DNA of 64,000 nucleotides, taken from positions 186,001 through 250,000 of the forward strand of contig AP024664.1 in NCBI GenBank assembly GCA_024346625.1, in the 5' to 3' direction. The DNA is from Williopsis jadinii (lineage: Eukaryota). Made by a program: the position numbers and the translations under genes. Below, one piece after another: positions 55,880-64,000 of the stretch (the stretch's first letter is position 1; every line of letters begins with the position of its first letter). A model generated the notes under the pieces. That model was given only the letters and a program-made list of their open reading frames with translations. It was not told where the DNA came from and did not search any database.

Positions 55880-58189
55880 ATGGCGTCACTCGAGGATTTG
55901 ATTCCCACTGTTAACAAATTGCAGGACGTCACCTATGACGCCGGTGTTGATTCGCTAGATTTGCCCATTCTTTCAATCATTGGATCACAGTCCAGCGGTA
56001 AATCGTCAATCTTGGAGACGATTGTTGGTAGGGACTTCTTGCCTCGTGGTACTGGGATTGTGACGAGAAGACCTTTGGTGCTACAGTTGATCAATATTGC
56101 GGAGGATTCTCCGTTGATCCATCAGGGCGGTGAGGCCAGCGGTGATTCTGAAGCGAGTGACAGTGGCAAGAAGGAGGAGGATGAGTTCTCACTAGAAGAC
56201 CACCTGAGACAGCAACAGGGGTACGTGCCGGAGGTGCAGAACGAGTGGGGTGAGTTCTTGCACATGCCTGGCAAGAGGTTCTACAACTTTGAGGATATCA
56301 GAAGGGAGATTGTCAATGAGACGTCGAGAATTGCCGGTAAGAACAAGGGGATCTCTCGAATCCCAATCAATTTGAAGATCTACTCTCCAAAGGTTTTGAA
56401 CTTGACTCTTGTCGATCTACCGGGTATCACCAAGGTTCCTATCGGTGATCAGCCAACTGATATTGAAAAGCAGATCCGTAACCTCATTCTAGAGTACATT
56501 GCTAAGCCGAACTGCATTATCCTTGCCGTGTCGCCAGCCAACGTTGATATCGTCAACTCTGAGTCTTTGAAACTCGCAAGACAGGTTGATCCACAAGGAA
56601 AGCGTACGATTGGTGTCTTGTCGAAACTGGATTTGATGGATCATGGAACTAATGCATTGGATATCCTTTCCGGGAAGGTTTACCCGCTAAAGTTGGGATT
56701 TGTCGGTGTGGTGAACAGATCCCAGCAGGATGTTGTTATGAACAAGAGCGTGGAGGAAGGTTTGCAATCTGAAGATGAGTTCTTTAGAGCTCACCCAGTA
56801 TATAGAACCATCTCGAACAGATGTGGTACAAGATACTTGGCCAAGATATTGAACCAAACTTTGATGAACCACATCAGAGAGAAATTGCCTGATATCAAGG
56901 CAAGACTCAACACCCTGATGGGCCAAACTGAACAAGAATTGGCATCGTATGGTACTCAACAAACCACTACACCAGAGGGACGTAGTGCGCTCATTCTTCA
57001 GCTCATGACAAAATTTGCATCTAACTTTGTCAATTCTATTGAAGGTAACCTCGTTGATAGAAACACAAAGGAACTCTGTGGTGGTGCTAGAATATACTAC
57101 ATCTATCACGATGTCTTGGGGAAATCGCTCGAGTCTATTGACCCAACGGCAAACTTGACAACACAGGATATTCGTACTGCCATTAGAAACTCCACTGGTC
57201 CAAGACCTTCATTGTTTGTTCCAGAACTTGCATTTGATCTTTTGGTCAAACCACAGATCAGTCTTTTGCAAAGTCCATCGCATCGTTGCGTTGAACTCGT
57301 GTATGAAGAGTTGATGAAGATTGGCCACAACTGTGGTTTTACAGAGTTGGCAAGATATCCTAAATTACAGCAGGCTTTGATCGAAGTAACAAGTGAATTG
57401 TTACGGGAGAGATTGGGCCCAACAAGTGCATATGTGGAGAGTTTAATTGATATCCACAGAGCTTACATTAACACGAATCATCCAAGCTTTATCGGCGCTG
57501 CCACTGCCTTGGCTGAGGTTGTTCAAGAGTTACAAGAGCAAAAGACCCAGAAGAAGATGGTTGATACACTCAAAACTCTAAAACCAAAACCGGTTGAAGC
57601 GAATGGTAGTGTAGAGGGCTCCACTGCCGGTGACTTTGATGAGGAATCGGTTGTTTCTGATATTTCGCCACCAACAACGAGAATGCATAACGAAAAGAGT
57701 GAATCCAAAGATTCATTCCTCAACTTCTTCTTCGGTAAGGAGAACGGACAAGTGAAGGCTAATGGTTCTGGTGCTAATGCACCAAAGAATGCCCCAGTCT
57801 CAACACCAAGGGCATTCGGTGCATTTGAAGAGTTAGCCATTACCAATACACCACAAAATCCACTAGAGGGAATCACCGAAGATGTCGAAGAACCCGAACT
57901 AAGTGAGCGTGAACAAGTCGAGGTTCTTCTCATTAAGCGTTTGATTGTATCATACTTTGGTATCATCCGTGAGATGGTTCAAGACCAAGTTCCTAAAGCG
58001 ATCATGTGTCTCTTGGTGAACTACTCCAAGGAAGGTGTTCAGAACAGATTGGTGACTGCGTTGTACAAAGAAGCAATGTTTGCAGACTTGTTACAGGAGG
58101 ATAACAACTTGGCTCAGGAGCGCGAGAAATGTGCTAAACTTCTCGAGACCTATAAGGAGGCCTCAAAGATCATCAATGAGGTTCTATGA
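55880..58189 (+). CDS. DNM1: Dynamin-related GTPase for mitochondrial/peroxisomal fission
   Basis: MASLEDLIPTVNKLQD, GSQSSGKSS, DLPG, SKLD, ELCGGARIYYI, insert B with SFLNFFFG, GED with DQVPKAIM. Confidence 0.96.
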   Translation: MASLEDLIPTVNKLQDVTYDAGVDSLDLPILSIIGSQSSGKSSILETIVGRDFLPRGTGIVTRRPLVLQLINIAEDSPLIHQGGEASGDSEASDSGKKEEDEFSLEDHLRQQQGYVPEVQNEWGEFLHMPGKRFYNFEDIRREIVNETSRIAGKNKGISRIPINLKIYSPKVLNLTLVDLPGITKVPIGDQPTDIEKQIRNLILEYIAKPNCIILAVSPANVDIVNSESLKLARQVDPQGKRTIGVLSKLDLMDHGTNALDILSGKVYPLKLGFVGVVNRSQQDVVMNKSVEEGLQSEDEFFRAHPVYRTISNRCGTRYLAKILNQTLMNHIREKLPDIKARLNTLMGQTEQELASYGTQQTTTPEGRSALILQLMTKFASNFVNSIEGNLVDRNTKELCGGARIYYIYHDVLGKSLESIDPTANLTTQDIRTAIRNSTGPRPSLFVPELAFDLLVKPQISLLQSPSHRCVELVYEELMKIGHNCGFTELARYPKLQQALIEVTSELLRERLGPTSAYVESLIDIHRAYINTNHPSFIGAATALAEVVQELQEQKTQKKMVDTLKTLKPKPVEANGSVEGSTAGDFDEESVVSDISPPTTRMHNEKSESKDSFLNFFFGKENGQVKANGSGANAPKNAPVSTPRAFGAFEELAITNTPQNPLEGITEDVEEPELSEREQVEVLLIKRLIVSYFGIIREMVQDQVPKAIMCLLVNYSKEGVQNRLVTALYKEAMFADLLQEDNNLAQEREKCAKLLETYKEASKIINEVL

Positions 58190-58302
58190 GTTGAAGGAAG
58201 CATCGTGTAAATACAATATACTAGAAAATATAGGGAGATTTATATTCTATTATTAAATCTGAATACAATGACTATGATATGGACTGGAGGAAGTTGTATT
58301 GT

Positions 58303-59547
58303 CTACTTCTTTTGTTTCTTCCTCACCAACGTTGTTAAATTGTTGACCGTGATGGTGTTCACTCGAGCTTCAACAGCTCTTTGAGGCTTCACATAGGTGC
58401 CTGTAACCTTTAGTGTGTCTGTATAGCCTTCTCCTTCCTTTGATTCTAAGTAACTGATGACGTTCTTGTACGATTCCAATGCTCCCTCGTCATCATGGAA
58501 GTCTTCGCCGGTGATGAAGTTCTTCAAGGCTTTTAACATCTTATAAGAGCAAATTAACCCAGTGGAAGAGTCAGCTAAGGATGGTTTCAACTTGCCTTCG
58601 ACACCAATGACACTAACAATAACACCGAGTCTGAATTCCTGTCTCATCTGCAATTCCTCCCAGAATTGGGCAACAGAGACTGCTTTGACCCTGTTCTCAA
58701 CGCATAGATGTTCCAAGAATCTGGCCTTAGGGTCATCGGGGAACAACGGGATCTTAAATACTGCGATATCCTTTGGATCGCTTCCAAAGACATCTCCAAT
58801 TGACCAATTTCCTCTCAATGGCGTTAGGTATCTCTGGATGACCTTGTCATCTTCACTTGGAATTCGAAGAAACGCCCTATGTGTTTCGAATTGTGAGGTC
58901 AGGACTGGATCTAAGACGCGTAACCACCATTTCAGCAGGCTCTCACCGTCCAATATGTGTTTGGAAGGGTTTTCAGAGGAGCAGGGGAACAGATATTGAG
59001 GTTCACTCCTGGTGAACAGCGCAATCTTGGTCTTCAACTCTCTGGGGAAATCCTTCATGGTATACGGCCTGACCGCCTCTGGAGTCTCTAGCTCGCCCGT
59101 ATGGCGTCTCAGGAGAATATCCAGTGCTTTCCTTGTGCCTGTGAACCTGGATATCGTGTTTGGGCCGTACTTTGGCCTTGTAGCGTCCTTTGGTATAATC
59201 TCTTTGAAATACTCAGCCATCGGTATACGCAAGACATGCTGGACACAGTGCTGTGTCACCAGACCAATGCTCGCCTTCGAATCGTTCTCACCATTCGTAT
59301 CGGCCTTGGATACGAATAGCATCTGCTCAACGTGTGAGCCTTCAAACACAGTCAGATAGACGAACAGCTCGAGCCCATAAAAGATCTTGTCATTATGGGC
59401 CAGCGTGATGAAGTGTTGCACTTTAAAAGTCGGCAACGAAGTCCCAGAGACCAAGCCATGGGTTTCTCTCGTCTTCGACTGCCAATGCAGCACGGTGTAC
59501 TGCTCTGATAATGGTAGCACGCCACTCAATGACTGCTTAAGCTCCAT
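58303..59547 (-). CDS. RTT109: Histone H3K56 acetyltransferase
   Basis: FVSKADTNG, FTRSEPQYLFP.SS.NP.KH.L....LLKWW, IPLFPDDPKARFL, RQEFRLG. ATG 59547 (MELKQSLSGVLP) fits the recalled N-terminus of homologues. Confidence 0.92.
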   Translation of the reverse strand: MELKQSLSGVLPLSEQYTVLHWQSKTRETHGLVSGTSLPTFKVQHFITLAHNDKIFYGLELFVYLTVFEGSHVEQMLFVSKADTNGENDSKASIGLVTQHCVQHVLRIPMAEYFKEIIPKDATRPKYGPNTISRFTGTRKALDILLRRHTGELETPEAVRPYTMKDFPRELKTKIALFTRSEPQYLFPCSSENPSKHILDGESLLKWWLRVLDPVLTSQFETHRAFLRIPSEDDKVIQRYLTPLRGNWSIGDVFGSDPKDIAVFKIPLFPDDPKARFLEHLCVENRVKAVSVAQFWEELQMRQEFRLGVIVSVIGVEGKLKPSLADSSTGLICSYKMLKALKNFITGEDFHDDEGALESYKNVISYLESKEGEGYTDTLKVTGTYVKPQRAVEARVNTITVNNLTTLVRKKQKK

Positions 59548-59777
59548 GATCGCTCTTCCCCGTGCAATAAGTGCAAACAGTGGAGTGGACATAAATCCGT
59601 TGATGCAAGAGAGCTCGGTATACGCCGAGCTCGGAAACACCCGGACACCCATAGTTAAGCCCAGCTCAACCACCGGTTTTGATATACGGCTTCCACTACA
59701 GATTTATTATCAGATTGGAGCCATTGCAGAGCTTCCCCGTTGTTCACAATGCACATGAATTAATAACGATGACATCT

Positions 59778-60431
59778 CTAAGCGTTTTCATACTCATCAG
59801 GGTAAAAGACCAGACGTTCGATACCTTTCTTCGTCAAAATGACCTGTCTAATCACACCGCCGGAGGAGCCATCCCACTTTATGGCCTGTGACAGTGCCGT
59901 TTTGACAAACGAAACCACCTCATCTTGGGTCATATCGGATTTATAATTCTTCTCTGTCCAACCGTAGATATAACTCGAACCAGAGCCGGCAATGGCAAAC
60001 TTCTGCTTATGTATTGAGCCACCTAATGGTATGCTGTAGACTTCACCAACACCGTTGTGCTCGTCAAACCCTGCAAGGATCAACCCTGCTGTCAGGTTGT
60101 CCTTGTTCTTATATGTCAATTCCTGTAACAACGAGGCTGCCACCTTTGGAGGTGGAGCGTGTCCATGCTGTGCCACGTAGAGGTCCAAGTAGTACTTCAC
60201 AATGTCTGCAACAGCCTGGGTGTCTGCTGCGGAACCCGAACGACAACACCAGATGAGATCGTGCAATTGTGTGAGCTTGTCGGTGACACGGTTTGCGATA
60301 TAGGAACCCGTTGTGGTACGGGAATCTGCTCCTAGAACAACACCATCTTTGAAGGTAACAGCCATGATGGAGGTACCCAAGCTGACCTCACCTTTCTTTA
60401 GATGGTTGATATCCACAGAAATTCCGTTCAT
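59778..60431 (-). CDS. PRE3: 20S proteasome beta-1 subunit
   Basis: MNGISVDINHLKKGEVSLG/TSIMAV, GADSRTTTGSYIANRVTDKLT, AIAGSGS. Uninterrupted ORF. Confidence 0.96.
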   Translation of the reverse strand: MNGISVDINHLKKGEVSLGTSIMAVTFKDGVVLGADSRTTTGSYIANRVTDKLTQLHDLIWCCRSGSAADTQAVADIVKYYLDLYVAQHGHAPPPKVAASLLQELTYKNKDNLTAGLILAGFDEHNGVGEVYSIPLGGSIHKQKFAIAGSGSSYIYGWTEKNYKSDMTQDEVVSFVKTALSQAIKWDGSSGGVIRQVILTKKGIERLVFYPDEYENA

Positions 60432-60566
60432 TGTTTGTATTTAGTCCAATTGGTTTCAAACAAGGTTAGATCGATGTCTTGTTGACGTTGTTGTGGCGGC
60501 CTTTTTGATGTTATTGTTGTTGTTGATGCTGATGTTGATGATTGTTAAGGGAGCCCGGCCATGCGT

Positions 60567-60576
60567 TTTCGCCACC
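60567..60576 (-). promoter_or_regulatory. PACE (Rpn4) element upstream of PRE3
   Basis: TTTCGCCACC = GGTGGCGAAA on the minus strand, ~135 bp upstream of a proteasome gene. Confidence 0.7.
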
Positions 60577-60577
60577 A

Positions 60578-60641
60578 ACACCTGGACATTTATCACACCT
60601 GGACATCCCTAACACCCGGACACCACCTACATCCAGACACC
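60578..60641 (+). promoter_or_regulatory. Four Rap1-like 13-mers at exact 17-bp period in the PRE3/eIF3d divergent promoter
   Basis: ACACCTGGACATT at 60578, ACACCTGGACATC at 60595, ACACCCGGACACC at 60612, ACATCCAGACACC at 60629. Confidence 0.6.
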
Positions 60642-60769
60642 TCATACTGGTCACGTGACTCATCTCCCCTACGCCAAAAGTGAAAAATTTCTTCCAACGC
60701 TGAGAACGATGATGGGCCTTCGCTTTAACGCCATTTCCATCAACCTCTGCACGCTAATCCAAGCCTAAG

Positions 60770-62386
60770 ATGTCCCTTCCATTCGATTTCTCCGGTATCT
60801 CATCCACATGGGGCCCACAGTCCACGATCCCTGAATCGCTACGTTTCTCTGACATCCCATACGCTCCTTATTCCAAGGCTGATAAGTTGGGTAAAGCTGC
60901 TGACTGGCAACAACAGGAGTTCCAGCGTGATATTAAGGACAAGAAGCGTAACCAGAGAGACTACTTCCATGCGTACGGTGCTAGTGCTGCTTCGTCGTTC
61001 GCTGCTGAGGCACAGGACGAAGGCGAGGACTTTGAGATTGTTGATAACTCCAAGCAAGTGCAGAACAAGCAGGTTTCACAAACCACCGTGTTGAAGAGAG
61101 GTGGTGGCAGACAACAGCAACAGCAAGGCCAATCATTCCAGAAGAAGAACTTCACCAAGAGACAATTCAACTCCCAGGGCTCCCAGCAACAATCCTCTGG
61201 TTCTTCCAACGCCTCTGGCCAAGGCAACGGCTTCCAAGGCAACAGACGTTACTGGAGAAATGAGAAGCCTGAAAGAGTCCGTGACAGCTCTGTCAAGGTT
61301 GAGGACTCGTGGGTGGTTGTTTCCGATATTGAGCTGAACAAGCTGAGCAAAGTGGCATTTTCGGTGTCTCAGCCTCAAGAATTGGGCACTTATGGCTCGC
61401 TGAACGCCTACAACAAGAAGTTTGAGAGAGGTGGATTGCCGTTGCAAGCCATTGATAAGAACATCTACAACCCAACTGCTTCTGATGACCCAGTTATTCA
61501 GAAACTGCAATCTGACAACGTTGCACAGGTGTTCACCACGGACTCTGTGGTGTCACAGTTGATGTGTGCCTCAAGATCAGTTTACTCCTGGGACATCATC
61601 GTTACCAAGAAGAATGGCCAGATCTTCTTGGACAAGCGTGAGGGCTCCCAGATCGACAACCTGACCGTTGATGAGAACGCTGCTGATGCTCCGTCAGATA
61701 CTGCCGAGGACACTGACAGTGCAAGCAAGTTGTCACTAGAGGCCATGTTCCTCAACCAAAACCTTTTGGCCAACGTTGTTGCTGACGGCCAGCAGATCTC
61801 CTTGGAGCATCCTAACCCATTCCAGAGCAACAGCGATGAGCCATTGCTGTCCAAGGGCTACTCGTACAAGAAGTGGGAGTTCACGACTGCTGAAGAGACC
61901 GAGGGTGAACGCCCATTATCCATCGTTATCAGAACAGAATTCGATACAAAGGACACAGCCTCAAACCAGCTCTTGAGTGTGAAGGCCATCAATGAATACA
62001 AGAAGGGCCCATTGGACTGGAAAACCAAGATCATGTCGCAGAGAGGTGCCATCATCGCTGCAGAGCTCAAGAACAACAACAACAAGTTCTCCAAATGGAC
62101 TCAGCAGGCCATCCTTGCCGGTGTTGACACCATCAAGCTGGGCTTCATTTCAAGAGCAAACTTCAAGGACAACACTAGACACACCGTGCTTGGTGTGTCC
62201 TCGTTCAGACCACAGGACCTTGCGTTGCAAATTGGACTGTCCACTGCTAACGGTTGGGGTATTGTGAAATCCTTCATCGACATCATCAACGCTCAGCAAG
62301 ATGGTAAGTTTGTCATCCTGAAGAACCCTAACGACCCAAAGATCACCGTCTACAGAGTTCCTGAAAACTCGTTCATCGAGGAATGA
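60770..62386 (+). CDS. Translation initiation factor eIF3 subunit D
   Basis: STWGP, PYAPYSKADKLGKAADW, TASDDPVI, SRSVYSWDI, DWKTK..SQRGAIIA.ELKNN, KNPND..I.VY.VP. Confidence 0.9.
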   Translation: MSLPFDFSGISSTWGPQSTIPESLRFSDIPYAPYSKADKLGKAADWQQQEFQRDIKDKKRNQRDYFHAYGASAASSFAAEAQDEGEDFEIVDNSKQVQNKQVSQTTVLKRGGGRQQQQQGQSFQKKNFTKRQFNSQGSQQQSSGSSNASGQGNGFQGNRRYWRNEKPERVRDSSVKVEDSWVVVSDIELNKLSKVAFSVSQPQELGTYGSLNAYNKKFERGGLPLQAIDKNIYNPTASDDPVIQKLQSDNVAQVFTTDSVVSQLMCASRSVYSWDIIVTKKNGQIFLDKREGSQIDNLTVDENAADAPSDTAEDTDSASKLSLEAMFLNQNLLANVVADGQQISLEHPNPFQSNSDEPLLSKGYSYKKWEFTTAEETEGERPLSIVIRTEFDTKDTASNQLLSVKAINEYKKGPLDWKTKIMSQRGAIIAAELKNNNNKFSKWTQQAILAGVDTIKLGFISRANFKDNTRHTVLGVSSFRPQDLALQIGLSTANGWGIVKSFIDIINAQQDGKFVILKNPNDPKITVYRVPENSFIEE

Positions 62387-62461
62387 TCTACTTGTTTTAA
62401 ACTACTGGGCAATTGAATCAACAACAACTTCAAATCAAATTCATAATGTACTGTAAAAGCT

Positions 62462-64000
62462 CTAGTCTCTAGCAGATTCTCTGTGCTGGACAGAGGCCTT
62501 GTCCATGTCGAACTCCTCAACCTCGGTGTTCATCTTCAATGATCCCATGGCACGCTCCTCGTCACTGGCAGTGTCGAACTGTTCGATGGTGGCCTTCTTC
62601 TGGTCAGAGTAGTTCTCTTCAGCATGTGCGCTGAAATCCCTGTGGAAGTACTCTGGACCGCAAATGATACACACGATGAGGCACACGTTGACACCAACCA
62701 TGAACAGAGCCATGCTCTTTGCGTAGTCGTAGACACTTGGCCCGATCTCTGGCAATGGGAAGGAGCTGCTGATCTCTGATTCGATGGTGGAAGACGCTGA
62801 TGAGGCCAGGTTACCCAATTGATAAGCCAAGCCACCAAACAGGGCTCTGAACGCTGGTGGAGACAGCTCCATGATGTAGACAGAGCAGACACCCCAGCAG
62901 CCCATGACGAAGAACTGCATGAAGAAGCCACCAGCCATGAGCCCACCAATGGACGTGGAGAAGAAAGCAGGGTAGATCAATGCTGAGGAGCCAACGGCAC
63001 ATGAAAAGATCGCCAGTCTTCTCCCTGTGAATTCAGAAAGCGTACCAACACACAGGCCACCAACCATGGCACCCAGGTTAACGACGATCATGATGGCAGT
63101 ACGCTGGTTTGCGGAGAAGAAGAGCTGGTTTTGCAGCATGGTTGGCATCAAATCTTGGGAAGCGTGCGAGGAGAAGTTCATCAATGAGAGGTAGAAGACG
63201 AGGTAAACGAACATCAGCCAGTGATTGCTCAATGCCTTCTTCAAATCAGAGTAGAATTGCCTCCATGGTGATGCAGCCTGGGCATGGTTGCCCTCAGCTA
63301 AGGCCTTTTCACGCTGGACTCTCTTGTGCTCAACAAAGTGTGGATGTTCTGGGAACATCAGCCTCCACATGAACAGAATAGCAGGAGGGGCTGCTGAGAA
63401 CCAGAAGAGTGCTCTCCAGCCATGAGTTGTGAACTCAAATGCACGGTAGAAGGCCACTGCGAGGATGTAGCCCAGGTTATAGCCAGGCAAGAAGATACCA
63501 CCTAGCACGGAACGAGACGTTGTTGGCTGAGATTCCAGTGCTGTTGCAGATGCGGTGGTGTAGCAACCACCCATACAGATACCAAAGAGCAATCTCACGA
63601 TCAGAAACTGTGTGTAGTTCTGGACAAAGCCCGTGCCGATCTCAATCATGGAGAACAGGGCCATGACGGCCAAGTACGTTGGCTTTCTACCGTAGGTATC
63701 GGAGAGAGAACCAAAGATCACGGCACCCAGTGAACGGGTCATCAGCACCAGCGTGATACCCCAGGTGATGTCGTGGATTGATCTGTCAAAGGCCTTGGCC
63801 AACGCTGGGGCACAGGCAGACACGCAGAAGAAGTCGAACGCATCAATGACCCAGGCACAGTAGCCCATGGCAAAGTAGTTCCAGTCGCTTCTGCTCAAGG
63901 CCCTCATTGCTGGGGCTGGGTTTAGCGACTTCACTGGCGTACCAGGAAGCGTGAAGAGGGAAGGAATGCGTGTGGCGATGTATCTCCCAGCAGTCATGGC
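62462..64000 (-). CDS. JEN-family carboxylate/proton symporter (MFS), probably 5'-truncated by the window edge
   Basis: DAFDFFCVS, ITWGITLVLMTRSLGA, SDTYGRK and the Jen signature NFSSHASQDLMPT, AYQLGNLASSASSTIE. Frame is open to base 64000. Confidence 0.9.
   Translation of the reverse strand, partial: AMTAGRYIATRIPSLFTLPGTPVKSLNPAPAMRALSRSDWNYFAMGYCAWVIDAFDFFCVSACAPALAKAFDRSIHDITWGITLVLMTRSLGAVIFGSLSDTYGRKPTYLAVMALFSMIEIGTGFVQNYTQFLIVRLLFGICMGGCYTTASATALESQPTTSRSVLGGIFLPGYNLGYILAVAFYRAFEFTTHGWRALFWFSAAPPAILFMWRLMFPEHPHFVEHKRVQREKALAEGNHAQAASPWRQFYSDLKKALSNHWLMFVYLVFYLSLMNFSSHASQDLMPTMLQNQLFFSANQRTAIMIVVNLGAMVGGLCVGTLSEFTGRRLAIFSCAVGSSALIYPAFFSTSIGGLMAGGFFMQFFVMGCWGVCSVYIMELSPPAFRALFGGLAYQLGNLASSASSTIESEISSSFPLPEIGPSVYDYAKSMALFMVGVNVCLIVCIICGPEYFHRDFSAHAEENYSDQKKATIEQFDTASDEERAMGSLKMNTEVEEFDMDKASVQHRESARD

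Noticed and set aside
60578..60641. CRISPR-like interpretation of the phased repeats
   Set aside because: Eukaryotic context, 13-bp repeats with 4-bp spacers, no cas genes.
60432..60769. Point centromere at the CDEI-like GTCACGTGAC
   Set aside because: No AT-rich CDEII or CDEIII; identical E-boxes occur in several ordinary promoters (46117, 53991).

Overview
Gene-dense chromosomal segment of a budding yeast (Saccharomycotina). CTG encodes conserved Leu, e.g. GLC7 LLELE, so it is not CTG-clade. Gene content (eIF3d, JEN transporter, xylose reductase) is compatible with a Cyberlindnera/Wickerhamomyces-type yeast, but this is inference. The left ~24 kb is gene-poor: a partial S/P/Q-rich ORF, ZTA1, two paralogous C2H2 zinc-finger regulators separated by a 9-kb gene desert, and a secreted GPI-anchored PMU1-family histidine phosphatase fused to an adhesin-like stalk with six Pho4-type sites upstream. 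The right ~40 kb is a compact housekeeping block: kelch membrane protein, VFA1, GLC7, RPS27, EMP24, RAD3, BRR2, CCA1, BCK2-like, TRP4, PSR1/2, POM34-like, MEU1, COX17, GRE3/XYL1, SOF1, DNM1, RTT109, PRE3, eIF3d and a JEN-family permease. COX17 is missing from the ORF track, and VFA1 and RPS27 are spliced. Also seen: a candidate structured ncRNA/sORF locus between GLC7 and RPS27, and a recurrent Rap1/telomere-like 13-mer forming exactly phased arrays in promoters. No tRNA, rRNA, transposon or CRISPR could be supported. Gene identities come from recognised motifs and recalled homologues, not from database searches.
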